From Phaeosaccion multiseriatum (Eukaryota > Protista > Ochrophyta, other classes), in the NCBI GenBank assembly GCA_965112735.1, contig OZ218950.1, positions 2,976,001 through 3,040,000 on the forward strand: a stretch of DNA of 64,000 nucleotides, written 5' to 3'. A program made the translations under genes and the position numbers. The notes beneath the pieces were generated by a model. That model saw nothing but the letters and a program-made list of their open reading frames with translations, was not told the DNA's origin and did no database searches. Positions 37,503 through 50,900 of this stretch are shown one piece after another. The first letter of the stretch is position 1; the number at the start of each line of letters is the position of its first letter.

Positions 37503-37908
37503 CTCTGACCCCTGCCTCTGCCAGGAGCCCCCACGGCAGTATGCGGTGGGCAGGGGCAGGGGGGCAGGCACTGACCGCACGGGAAAGGGCATCGGTGGCC
37601 CACCTTCAGCTAGGTAACGATACCGTCAAGCGTCAAGCGAGACACGTACGGGGTCGAAACAGTTCCCTATCCACCCTTAGCACCCGACGATGAGCTTCTT
37701 CCCAGAAACTCAGTGGTCTTTTCTGTCTTCAGCGCCGGAGTGAGTAAGAGCGAGGTCCAGCCCCAAGCTGCTCGGAAAGAGTGGCTGCAGCCAAGCGTAC
37801 GAGCCACTTCCCATCGCTACGCACATACCCTCACATGTACTTTGCTGCTCGCTGTACTCTACTCATCCAAATGCGCGCACCGCGGACCGAGTGTATATAG
37901 GGAGAGGC

Positions 37909-38664
37909 TCAGTCCGAGGCGACCGTCCTGGCCAGGAAGCAGTTCATGGGCCGCCCGTCGGGCAGCCTCGTGACGGTGTCGACAAGCACCTCCCAGCCGC
38001 GCGAAGGGCCGAACCTCTCACGCAGCTCTCCCACTTTCAGCACCTGAACGAGTGCGAGAGGGGAATGCGAACAGTGCATTGGTCAGGCAGGCAGGCAGAG
38101 AGAGAGAGAGAGGCGCACACACGTTGACTTTCATTCATTTTACTTCACGTATTCATTCCAGTAAGAGGCCTTTGAAAGTAAGTGTGTGTACTGTATGCAT
38201 GGGCCCGAGGCTCCAACGCCGAGCAAGCGGTGTTCAGAGAGGAGAGAGAGCTCCCCCCACTCACTCGGGCCCCCCTCATTCACTCAGTCACTTAGTCTCT
38301 CAGTCACTCATTCACTCATTCACTCAGTCACTCAGTCACTCAGTCACTCCCTGCCTCCCTCCCTCACCATCTTCATGTTTTTGGGGCTGTGGTGCGGCCA
38401 AGGCTCGCCCTGCTCCTCTTCTTGAAAAGTGTAGTGAAGTAGATACCCACCTAATTAAGAGAGGAGGGCGCGGGGCACGGCAGCACAGCGGTCGTGAGGG
38501 AGGAGGAGAAAAAATACGACGTACACACACACATGCGCACGTACCTGGCTTTCTGACGAGGCTCTCCAGCGTGTCAAAGGAGGCCCTGTTGAGATAACGC
38601 ACCACCATCACCAAGGCGAACACAGGGGGCTCTTCCTCGCGTTGGCTCCCCTCCTCCTGCTCGC

Positions 38665-38701
<37 letters not shown>

Positions 38702-38962
38702 CGAGATGCCGAGTGTCCGGACGCCCCTCCCGTGCTCTGCGGCTAGCTGCAAGGTGCCGCTGGGGGTGACCTTCCCCTGCCACGTCTGTGATGGGAGACA
38801 AGCGAGGACAAGCGAGAAGGTTAGGCGCTGAAAAGTTTGGAATCAGCCGGAGGAGAATTGTGTCGGCATGAGGGAAGGGGGGGGGGGGGGAGTTTCAGCA
38901 GGTGCTTCGACATTCTGTTGGCCTCCCCCTTCCAGCTCTCCCTCTACCTCTTCCTCCCTCCC

Positions 38963-39003
<41 letters not shown>

Positions 39004-40391
39004 TACACACACACATACACACACACATACGCCCTTCTCCCTCCATCTCTCGTCGACATTCACGACTGTCCTCCTCTTTCTCCTCACCTCAACCCTCTCC
39101 TTCACGCCTGCTCTCTCCGCGAGGCGCCGAGTGCGGTCCAACACGCGTGACCAGCAGTCCACCCCCGTCACCGTCCAGCCGCGACAAGCCAGGTAGGCCA
39201 CGTCCCTCCCGCTACGGGAGCGCGAGGGGGAGCAAGAGGGGGTAGTGGGGAAGCAGCAAGTGGGGCGGCGCGGAGATGGTCTGGCCCGTCAATGGTCTGT
39301 GCCACACAAAGCGTCGGAGTCACACATGGAGCCGAGCTCTTCCGATGTTCCCTTTACGGAGCTTTGCTGGACCCTTGCCCTGCTGTCCCTGCTACTCTCC
39401 TCGCCCCCTCCCAAGAACCTTCTGCCGCCCCGTCAGAAGGGCGACTTTTCATGACCCGCTCCCACGCGTCTCTCTCCTGTTTCTCTCACCTTCCGCAGCC
39501 CACGTCGAGACAGGTCAGGGGGGTCTGCCGCGCCTTGAGTCTATACTGCTGAGTGGGGTGCTCTTCCTCCACCTCCTGCTCTCCCTCCCTCGCAGTCGCC
39601 AGCAGCACCTCCTCCAGCCCGCTCACGATGCGCGCCAGAAAGGGGCACGGCTCGAAAAACAGACCTTCGCGACGCTCCTGGGGTGACACCGCCCCGGATA
39701 TCAGCAGTCCCTGCTCGTCAGCCGCCTGCCACAGCTCGGGGGTATCCAGAAGGAGCAAGTTTCCTGCGTATGGGGCACACGAGCAGGGGACGGAGGAGAG
39801 TGTGGGGACGAGAGGTTAGTCGAGCACCACCCAGAGATTCACAGAGCGTGACCATTCTCGTGCATGAACAAAGGGAGCAACGTGCCTGCAGCATCTGGCC
39901 TGGCCAATAGAAGCTTCGCGTACAGGGCCCTCCATTCCCTCCTGGGCAGCAGCAACACAAAGGGCTGCTTCTTATCCGGCAGTGAGAACCACCAGTCCTC
40001 TGTCCATAGAATTTCGGCCGGTATGCCGCAGGATCCCACCAGCCGACGTTGAACAAAGTCGACATCACTGGGTTGGAGTTTGCGCACGAGAAATGAAAAG
40101 GACACAAAAAAGCAGGAAGGGTGCTTAGCTCCCAAAGGCTCGTGAGGCATCTCGAAGGACCCTGCCCAGGCTGTGTAAGAAAGTGTGAGAGAAGCCCCAC
40201 CTTCGTAGATCAACGACGGGAACGCGCTGTGCGCTCGGCAGCCCTTGAGGATCCTTTTGCTGCACCTCACTCCACCCTTTCAAAATCCTCCTGGATGCTT
40301 GCAGTCTCGCTTGCTTCGCCCTTTTCCAGGTAACAACCAGTAGCGCTCCCGTTGCTGCAAGTGCCGCAGCAAGAGCCCTGCTCGGGGCCAT
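37909..40391 (-). CDS. Rhodanese-like plus class I SAM methyltransferase (TehB-like) fusion with N-terminal hydrophobic anchor
   Basis: VVDLRS..F..RRLVGSCGIP; CLDVGCG..GRDVAYLACRGWTVTGVD; VVRYLNR; LPDGRPMNCFLAR; stop 37909. Confidence 0.8.
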
Positions 40392-40515
40392 GTTTGATAT
40401 TTCTCGAATGAAGAATCGCCAAATCTGTGAGTCAGAGAACCAACTGCTTTGCTTTGGTGGTCGCTCGTAAGTCAAGAGATTTTCATTCCCGGCCCTTCTC
40501 CCTCCTCTTCTTCCG

Positions 40516-42039
40516 ATGGGGAGCTTAGGAAAGCTGGGGGGCCGATTGGGCTTTGTGGGATTGGGGGCTATGGGAAGTGGCATGGTGCGGCAACTTGCGC
40601 AGAAGGGGTTTCCTCTCAGCGTGTTCGACAAGAAGGGCAAATCCCTTGAACCTCCTGCTGCTGGGCAAGTCAGCCTCACTGCCTCTCCATCTGCACTCAT
40701 GGAGGCAAGCGACATCGTCTTCCTGTCTCTTCCCAGTGAGGCTATCAGCCGCGAGGTTGTATTCGGGCCGGACGGCCTCGTGCAAGGGCTGAAGGGCAGA
40801 GGAGGAAGAGCAGGAGGAGGAGGAGGAGGAGGAGGAGGAGGAGGGGGAGGGGGAGAAGACCAAGGAGTTGGCTCCCCCGCTTGGAGCAAAGTCATTGTTG
40901 ACCTCGGGACTTGCAGCCCAGCGAGCTCTGTGGAGCTCCGCGATGGCCTCTCCCCTCATGGGGTGGCTTTCCTAGACGCGCCCGTCTCCGGCGGGCCGGG
41001 TGGTGCATCGTCGGGTCAACTAAGCATCATGGTAGGCGGAGACAAAGAGCATTTTCAAGAGTGCCTACCTGCTTTCCAGGCGATGGGGTCGCACATTTCC
41101 CTCATGGGACCCACCGGGTGAGTGAGTCAAGAGCTTGAGGAGTCATTCGTCGGGAGGGGGGGAGGGCTGATCTCTTTGAAAAGAGAGTCGTAAGACATGA
41201 AAATCAAATTCTCTTGACGTCCTGCATGGGCTGAACACTTTCACTTTCTTCCACAGCGCCTCAGTGGCTGCCACAAGTAGACCCACCCGTTTCACCTCCG
41301 TTCCTACTGCCCCTACTCCTACTCCTACTGCTGCTACTGCTCCTGCGCTAGGGCTGGCTGTGCTGCAAAGCTCGTGAACCAGATGCTAGTGATTGTGCAG
41401 ACTGTGGCGGCGTGCGAGGCCTATACCTTGGCCCGCTCGCTCGGGGTGAGCGACACGCGGAAGCTGCTGGACCTCCTCAGCGTGTCTTGGGGCCACTCCA
41501 CGATGCTCTCCAAGAACCTCGAGGATCTCATTCGGGCAGAAGAAGAGGGCGATGAGGTACGTACGGGAGGAAAGGAAAGAAGCAAGGAAGAGGAATCAGA
41601 TAGGGTGGTACCAGTCTAGCGAAAGCGTGTCCCTGCCTGTCTTGATGGCCCACTCCCAATATTTGCCAGCTTCCCATCTCATTGAGGTGGGGGGAGGGGG
41701 GTGTGAGCCAAGTGCCATCTTCCGCAAGCTTCGTCTGTTCTTCGCCCCATCTCCTTTACCCCAAAAATGAAGGTACACGTGAGTTTGGCCGACCCCCCCC
41801 TACCCAACGAATACACGCTGCTTTCCTTGCCCTCACAGGCGCTGGAGAAGTCACTCGCCCCCATCAGAAACCTCAAGAAGGATCTGGAGCTCATTCGAGC
41901 AACAGTGGAGAGCGTAGGGTTGAAGCTTCCCCTCCTGCCCGCTGCGGGGAGGGTGTTTGACACGGCCATGCTGAAAGGGTTTGGGGAGGCAGACTTTGCG
42001 ATTGTTACCAAGTGCTTGCACGACGCGGGCCTCAACTGA
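40516..42039 (+). CDS. Beta-hydroxyacid dehydrogenase (3-hydroxyisobutyrate/tartronate semialdehyde reductase family); exons 40516-41117, 41352-41557, 41839-42039
   Basis: GFVGLGAMG, FLDAPVSGG, GAGCAAKLVNQ (catalytic Lys), KDL, GFGEADF. Confidence 0.92.
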
Positions 42040-42068
42040 GCGAGGGACGGAGGGACAAGAGCCTTGAT

Positions 42069-42118
<50 letters not shown>

Positions 42119-42922
42119 AGGGCGGGGGGGGGGGGCACTGAAGCACCGGCCCTTATTCTCGAAGGGCTTCCTTCGAAAAGGGGCACACCCAGTGGCGGCT
42201 GGACTTAGCAGAGGAGGAGAGGCAGCACTGTTTGTTGGTGGTCGACACATCGAAAGCGGGTGAAAGTGTGGCGTTTGGCAGGGCCTGTTATCTCTCGACG
42301 ACCCGCCCCGCAGCAGGAGAACCGTGGTGTTTACGGTGAAGCGATGCAGAGCTGTGTGGCGTGCCCCCAAAGCCCCACATAGCACAACTACGGACGATGG
42401 ATGCCCCTCCCCTCGCCCCTGGAGAGTGAGCGGAACACAGAGTGTGGAGCGTCCGCCCCTCCCCCCCCCTCCGCTCTCAGGACCCAAGTCATCGGGCCGA
42501 CGCGTCAACACTCGACTGCTCTGACATGTATGCCCAGAGAGAGGGAGAGAGAGGGAGACGATGCACGCAATGAGAGAAACGAACAAGTCGGAGTACGGTT
42601 ACGATCGAGCCTATTCTCTCTTAACCGTTCGGCTGGAGACGATGGACCCTTCTCACTCCTCTTGCAGTGTGATCATGTGCAGCGCAAACACTGTCCTTCT
42701 GGAGGAGTGTGGGAGGTAGCCGCTGCGCTGAGGAGTATCAGGATAGGCAGAAGGCAGAGGTGGTAAGTCACAGCTGTTTCTTGGTACATGCAGGAAGTGG
42801 CATGATTAGGCCTGGTTTGCCACCCTAAACAAACACCATTTTATATATATAAAAATCAAAACTACCACATTGTTCTTACGTAATAAAAGTAATGCAATCT
42901 CTTCTTTTCCTTGTGCATCGAC

Positions 42923-45900
42923 TCACTGCTTGCGGGCCTTAAAGTCGAAACTCCACGGGCCCTCAACCTCGTAGGAGGCGTCGGACCCACTGAGAACCTG
43001 CTCGCGGCCGCGCAGGATGGGCTGTCCCGTGAAGGTGTTGTACTTGAGTTGCCTCGTCTCGCCCAGCACGCCCTGCCACTCGGTCAGGTCGGTGTCGGTG
43101 TCAGTGGGGTAGCCGACAATGAAAGTGTCTATGGAATGCGAGTGGCAACGTTCCACCTCTTGGCGATCTATCGTGTGCGCGTGTGGGGGGGGGTAACGGT
43201 CGTGTAACGGTCGGCGTCGGAGGAGCGTATGAGTTGGTCAGGTCGATAACATCCGAAGTCGAAGCCAAGCAAGGCAGGGGCAGGCAATTAGAGCTTCAAT
43301 TCGCAAGTCGCGGGCCTCCGAGGTCGGCCGGAGGACAAGGTATGTCAGGTGTGTATCGGGACAAACACCGGCAAGAAATCAAGAAGCCTCACGTGGGATG
43401 GGAAACGCAACAGCCACGCCCTCTGGAATCAAAATTAATGCAAGCCAATTGAAGCAGATTACTCACACTCAATGTGGAAGTCGAAGGAGTCCACCGTCTC
43501 GATGTAGACGGAGGCCCAGCCGCCGTTCTTTTGGTACAGCTCGCCGGTCTTCATCTTTTCGTCGTACCAAGGCAGGCAGGCCGCCCCGTCCTCGAACTTG
43601 GACAGGCGAGAGTGAACGAGGGCCAGCGCATCATGGCCTGAGGGATCAAGATCCGTCTACGGCGGGCGAGTAAAAGGGACAAAGTTAAGCACCAGTTACT
43701 TACACATATACACGAAGGTATCAACTTCCGTCAGGGGTGTTCGCTGTGTGTACAAAGACGAGCAAGAAAGGCTTCCCTCCTTGTGCGGCTTTGAGCGAGA
43801 GCGGCTACGTCGTGCGTGCTTGCCTGCGTCACTTGATTTCGACTCACCCACTCACCCACTCACTCACTCACTCACTCACTCACTCACCAGCCGGCGGCGC
43901 CGCTCTAGGAGCTTCGCCTCAGTCAAACGCTTCTTCTCGGTGAGCAGGTCGTTCTCCATATGCACGTCTCGCTTGTAGGTGCACGGGCCGTACGCGTTGA
44001 ATACATACATTAGTCCCCCTCCGCTGAGGGCATAGGCGCCAGGCTTGGTGATGATCTCCTCGTTGAGCACAACGCGCAGGTTGCCCTCGGCCAGACAGGA
44101 CTCCACCTCTTCGTCGAGCGGGCAGCCGGGGAAGAAGACGTCCCTGTCCATCACCTCGATAAGGACGCGGTCCGCCACGGAACCGTCTTTGTTCTTGAGC
44201 GACATGGCGTTGGCAGTGAAGTACGTCTGAGGCAGGCAGGTGGGTGGGGGAGGAGGAGGAGGAGGAGGAGGAAGAGGAAACAAAAACAGCAAAATCAGTG
44301 TAGGAAGCAGAAAGAGACTCTGTAGTCCGAGGACAAGCAGGTAGCGCAACTCACTCACCGGGTTGAGGCCATTCTCACACTCCAGGAAGGCATTCAGCTT
44401 CCAGTTCAGGTCAACCCTGGGACTCGTAATTCCATTGTACCAGCGCTCGTCACGCCCCTCAAAGAGAAATACTTGCTGCTGAAGACCGAAGATCATGGGA
44501 TCCCCACTGCCGCCTGGATTGTTGATGTCGTCGTTGTCTGTGAGGATGGTCACTGAGGAAAGGTCGGAGGTGCACACTGCCTCAGTGGTACACACGATGG
44601 CCTCCACCCGCAGCGCTCTCCCCACCGGGGCAGTGTCTAAGGGGGTGTACGTGCACTGGGAGGTGTTGCATCCTTCCCCTTCCAGCTGGACGCCGTCCAC
44701 AAGCCAGCGGTACAGCGCAGGCTGGGCATCCCCGCTCGCCTGGGCTTGGAACGTTACTGAATCTACGCCCATAGGCTTGGCGATGGTGTAAGGCTCTCCT
44801 GCGTCCAGCATCAGAGGTTTCCGATCCCCCTGATGACAACCGATCAGATCAGATCATGGGGTGAGGCAAGCAAGCGAAGCACACACGCACAAAATTATAT
44901 GTGGCGGAGTGCGGGAGGGGGGGGGGCACAGGCTGGGAATACGCTATACAGCTATGCATCCATGTGTTTCCCACTCTCTCCCTCCCCCTCTGCACCATGA
45001 CTTCTTCTCGGTGTTCCCTCTACCCCCCCTCTCTCTGCTCTACCCACTCGCTCCTGTCTCTCCCTCTCTCCCCCTCGCCCTCTTCCTCTCTCACCCCATG
45101 CCTCTCTCTCCCCTCCTCTCTTTCCGCCCATGCATGTCGCACCCCCCTCCTCTCTACCACCGCTCTGCTGCTCTCTCTCACCGCATCGCCCGACCGACCT
45201 CACCCATACCCCTCTAGCTGCCCTGTACCTCACCTGTCCAGCCGGCGGTGGGGGCGGCGACTCCACGGTCAGCATAGTCTCGGCTTGACTGCAGAGCTTG
45301 GCCGTGTTGCAAGCCTCAAGGCTGACCTCGAGCACCCCTACCTCAAAGGCCAGGAAGGTGCACACGAGGCCTTCGCAGCCGAGATTTCGATCTGCGACAA
45401 GCCAGCCCAGGACCATCTCCCTCCCGTCCGGATCGTAGGTGCCGCTCGCGTCGAACGTTACGGAATCGCCGTATTGGGCCGTGTATGGCGCGTCCTCGAA
45501 CGTGACAACGGGCACCTGCGAGTGCGGGAGGGAGGTGTGGGGCGGGGGGTGCGGCACGGGCGGGGGATCAGGGCAGGGGAGGGAGAAGAGAAGAGGCAAG
45601 AGAGGCAAAAGGAAAAGAGAAGAGAACAAAAGTAGCTAGGCAAAAAGCTTCTTGTTGTCCTCTCTCTTTCTGTGTGTGTGTCCGCGCAGCCGAAGCAGCC
45701 AGCAGAAGCAACTTACGCTGAAGGTTATATTAGTGGGACGTCCGGGCTCGTCGAGGCCGACAAGAGGAGCAAGGCCTCCGTAGTCTTCCAGGGCAGCCTC
45801 AAACGTTAGTGGGATTTCGGCCGGTCTCTCCTCGGGTGGAATGTCATCGGGCCTGTCGCACAGAGGCAAGATAAGAGTCAGGAGTGCGTACAGCAGGATG

Positions 45901-47916
45901 CTCCGCAGAGGAGATGAAGGAGAGTCAACCAAAGCTTCTTGCTTCGCCAAGTGAGTGAATCACGGCCGGCCGCTGACTTCGACGAGCAGTCCAACCATTA
46001 CCCCCCCCCCCCCCCCCAAACTAAACTCACTCTCTGCTCTCGAACTCGGTCTTGATGAGCTGGATCAAGTTTTCGTCAGCCTCCTTGTCGGAGGCAGGAA
46101 CTGAATCGGTGGCTAGGGACGGCAGCACATTTCAGGACGAGGAGGGAGAATGAGGCTTGTTTCAATTGCCAGAGAAGACAGCGGAAGGAGTATAGCGAAG
46201 CAAAAGTGAAAGCAAACATGCACCCCTTGTTCCCCACTCTCCTCTCTCGCAACCTCCCTCATCTGGTGAGTCTCACCATTTTCCCACTTATTCTCGAACA
46301 CTTCCTCGTTGAGTAAGTCCAAGGAAGTTCTTCTTCTTTGACTCTGCAGCAACAAAGCTCTTCTCTTTCTTCTTTGACTTTGCAGCGCCTCTTGCCGCTG
46401 CTCCTGCTGCTCCAGGCTCTCCTGGCGCTGTGGTGTTGTTGCCTGCCCAGACTCTGGTGGTTGACTGTCAGGGCCTTGGGAAGAGGGACTAACAGAGGCA
46501 CCCTCGACTTCCTCCACTTCCTCCACCCCCGTAAGCCGCCTCGAAGAAGTGTAGCTGTTGTTGGGGTCTATCTGGTCGCAGTCCGTGTCGCAGCTCAAAG
46601 TGGGGTCGCAGCAGGTATTCTGTTGTCCGAATCCGTCCCTGGGGTCTTCGTATTCCCTGCATTCGTTGAAGTCGATGAGAGGGTAGGGGTATTGCTCCTC
46701 GTTGTCAAACCTGTTGTGGAAGGTATAATCATAGTGATACCCCGGCCCAAAATACTCGGAGTTTGAGTAAAAGGTGAAACTGATGCTCGCGAGTGATGTA
46801 ACGCAAGGCTTCGAAAAGAAGGCCATGCACGGAGGGGAGGGCGGGAAAGATAAAGAGCAACAAAAGAAGGGAATGACGGACGTCAGAGTTGGCTTGTGCC
46901 CCCGCCGTCACTGCCGCCCAAGACAGCGTCGGAAAGTCGTACTTTCAGCCCCTAGTAGATATCCACCAAAGTTCTCGATCCCCCCACAGAGTAGCCAAGT
47001 CAGTCCACCGGTCAAGCAACAACTTGCTTGATACTTACGATGCAATAGAAGTCAGCGTCATGCAGGGGCGTGGGCTGAGCCTCCCCCTGGATCTCCAATA
47101 CCGCTCGAGGCACGCAAATGTTGGTGTCGGAGCAACACGGGCGGTCTGCATCGGGGTTGCAACCGTGAAATTGAATGCCACATTTCTGGCACGTACGTCG
47201 TCGGGATCCTGGGTCGGCACCTGGGACAACCGCACAGGTCATGTCGCCGCAGCACCATTGCCCTTGAGCCTCGAGACCCCATCGCGGCCCCGTCTGAGTT
47301 TCCAGGTTAGCTCCAGGGTACTCTTCTTCAAAGAGAGCGGCAAGGTCTTCTCCCGACTCAAGGCCGCCACTACACTCCTGCCCTTCCGTTTTGCATCCCT
47401 GCTTGGGCGGAAGGCGGAGGGTGGAAGGGGGTAGGGGCGGATGGCAGACAGGGGAAACAATCCGAGAGTGAGCGAGCGCACAATACGGTGTGTACGGAGA
47501 ATAGCGCATGGCCAAGCTAACCGCAGACACGGCCAGGCATAAGGGCAGGCATAAGGGCAGGCAGGCAGGCAGGCAGGCAGGCAGGTAGCACCAACCATGT
47601 CCCTCACCACTCACAACTCACCAGCAAGGAGACGCCAAGTGTGTTGAGCAGTCCCCCGAATTCCTCTCGCGACTTGTCCTGGTTGGCTTGCTGGGCGTCC
47701 GTTAGCCCGTTGCCTTCGATAACAACCCCCTCTCCTTCGATGAAGCTTAGGAGGTCTTGTATCTTGGTGTTGATTTCATCACTCACTTCGCTCGCCAGAT
47801 CGCCGATATCTGTTGCCCACGTATGGCACAGGGACGTCTCAAGGGTGAGGGGCGAAGTGCCCATGTCGGCCTCCAGCTGTGCGTTCCAGACCCCCAACCG
47901 GAAGAGAGAAAGGGCC

Positions 47917-47974
<58 letters not shown>

Positions 47975-50900
47975 AGGGTGAGGGGATGAGAACTTTTGGG
48001 GTCGGCCTTACCTACCCCAGCGCGGCGGGACGATAGCTATATCCAACTCACCTCAGCCGAGATTGTAAAGAGCTGTAAAGGACCAGAGTCTATCCCGCCC
48101 ACGAACTCGAACGCCAACGCAACTTCAAAGGGTACTCTTCCTCCAGTCAGCAAGTTAAAGTTAATCCCCGCTCCGACCACGGTGCTCCACCCAGCCAGTT
48201 TGTCTGATCCAAGAATTGCCATGGAGACAGCCGCACCACTCGACGGGCCTACCCCGTCTCCAATGGTTCTCGACATACACGTGGAAAAGGTCGCAACCAA
48301 CTTCTGTTTATCCCCTCGGAGGAGACTCAAGGGGTCTTCAAAGAGACTCAAGGGGTCTCTGAAAACATCGAGAAGGGAAGTGCCGCTGTCCAACCAAAAG
48401 CCGATGGTGAAATCGATATCGTTTGCCGCGAAGGCAGCAGCTATATCGACGTCCTCGACGTTACTTTCCCTGAAACTACGCGTCGCGAGCAGGGCGGTGT
48501 GAAACCGGTTGGTCCATAGCGATCCCAAACCAATGGTGAACTCAATGCCCCCCATGCCGAGCAAGAAGCCTAGGCAGGCAGTGCAGGCAAGGGGCAGGAC
48601 AATGATATGGCAAGATGAAATGGCAAGCACATAACAATAGAGTATTCAGACACGGGCGACGTTCTTCCCCTGGACCCCTTCCTTAGCTAGTAGCGGTATA
48701 TAATAAAGCAAGAGGAACAACAGCCTCCCCTGAGACGTACCGGGGCCAAGCATAGACAAGGGGCCCAGCCCCTGACCCACGGCGTTCCAGGGACTCAAAA
48801 AGAGAGTTACGAGCATTGCTACCGCGTAGAAGTTGCCGCAGTCGCGAGGCTCTAACCCGGCCAGCGGACGCGGATCGTCCATGACCTTGTTCCATGGAGG
48901 GTTGCCCCCCAGCCAGGCAAACGTGGGCACTATTTCCTTGTACATGAAGAGAAATGTGTCCGCCTGGCATGCACCGAAAGATTGAATCTCCGACTGAAAG
49001 CCGAGAGGGGGAGGGCACGTTAGTGGGGGGTGGGGGGGCGTATCTTCCAACTTCCAAGCAAGGATCACCCGCCCTCAATTCATAGCTACTTACGTACCTG
49101 CATCCAGTCCACCACATGCCCCAGAAGGTCTTTAAATCCGTTTTTGATCGGTGGTGGTGCGCTCGTCATGTTCTCGTTGACCCCATCATCCTTGAAATAA
49201 CTGATGACTCCCTGAATAGTCTTGCAGACGCTCTGTGCGGGACCACCACGCAGAGAGATGCAAAAAAAGAGGCGAGACATACAGAGAGAAAAGGGGAGGA
49301 GGCTCAGACACACTGGCTGCAGCTAGTAAGCTCAGACAAACAAACAACAACTCGTTAGTGGGAGGAGGATCTCATACACAGCAGATAGAGAGTTAGTGGG
49401 AGGGGGCTAGGCTCGCCTCGCCTCGCCTCGCCTCGAGCCCCACGCACGTGCCTCCATTGGCCCCGCCTTTTAACTTACGTTACACACTCCCTTGGTTTGC
49501 TCGCAGAAATCTCCGCATTCTTGTTCGAGATCTAAGAGTGGAGTGACCGTTGCACTTGTACAGTCTCCCCGTGTACGTTCGCACCAATTGATGCAGTTTT
49601 GCTGGCCACCACAATAGGACTTGCACTGTGTAAAGCAACTGGAATAGGACGGGTTGGGAGGGGATAGGTTAGCATGGTTGGGGTGGAGAGAGCTGCTTAG
49701 CTAGAACACATGAGGAGAAAATGTGGGCGTGTTGCAACCAAAAGGGCTCGGGTTCACAGCAAAGTTGGAGTTCGCGCCGCGTGTACATGTGTGTGCTATT
49801 TACTTACGGTTGTCCGTCGCAGCTTGTAATACCCTGGTCGCAATCTTCCGTGCGGACACAACTGCGGTCACAGCTGCGCGTGCATCCCGAGTCACAGTTC
49901 CTCCCTAAAAAGTTGCAGCCTGCAGAGCAGACGGGAGGGAAGCAGCGTGTTCGTTAGTCTATGAAGGGCAAGAAGACGAAGAAAGTTGTTGCGCCCAACT
50001 CACCCGTAAGGCAGCCCCGGTCACAACCTCGGAAGCAGCGCCCGCCATGATCGCAGCTCAGAATCTTGCTCCCGTCACAGTCTCCTGTGAGATAGGAGAA
50101 TGGGCGGGAAGCTTTGTGAGGAGAAGAGAAGGATGCTTGCCGCAGAGGGGGCCCCAGTTCAGTGGACGAAATCACTCACGGGTACAAGAGCCATTACAGG
50201 AACAGCGTTTTCCCCCAATCTTGCAGGGTGCTGCGCAAAGATCGGCAGCGAGGTTGCAGACGCCTTCTGCTAGTTCTGCTGCCACGCCTAACGCTTCACA
50301 TCCAGCTTCGCATACATATGCGATGCCGTCGCATACGTCGGAGCATTCCGAGGAAATCTCTTCCAACTTTCGGTGCGGGTGGTGCATGGGGTCATCGTCG
50401 TCCTCTCCATGCTCGTTGTACGTCTTCGCCGTTGCCCTCTCCTCCTCTGGGAGGCTGAGACGTCGTCGGGAACGCTGGACCATCCTGGAAACATGCGGCC
50501 ACGCACACAGCCAGTTCAAAGATCAAGAACAGAGATGCATGGTGGAGAGTGAGAGAGAAGGGAGGGAGGGAGGTGCGAGTGGTGGGCAGACATACATGGC
50601 TCGCCGCATGCCTTCTTCCCCCCGACCCATCCCCGCCCAGCCAAACTCAGCCCCCACTCACGATTTCATGACGGGGTACTCGATGCCGCTTATGCGTGGG
50701 TTCTCCACTTCCTCCAATATCTTGCGCGTCATGTCATCGAAGTCTCTTTGTAGTCGCTTCGCGGCGGACTTGCTTCCGCTGCTGGCGTCAGGACCGAGCT
50801 TCCGTCGCGGGCCGTTTTGGTGTATGTTCGCGTCGAATTTCGAGTGTTGGAAAACGTCTTCGAGAGGACAATACGGAGGCCGAATCGAATCGATGATCTC

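Noticed and set aside
37625-37660. GTCAAGCGTCAAGC..CACGTACGGGGTCGA resembling a right TIR of the 6-bp-TSD family
   Set aside because: No matching left TIR or TSD found; solo remnant at best
42032-42790. Signal-peptide-like minus frame (LCLLPILILLSAAA..CLRCT*) with in-frame TGA
   Set aside because: No SECIS or homology visible, so it cannot be told apart from a pseudogene or noise
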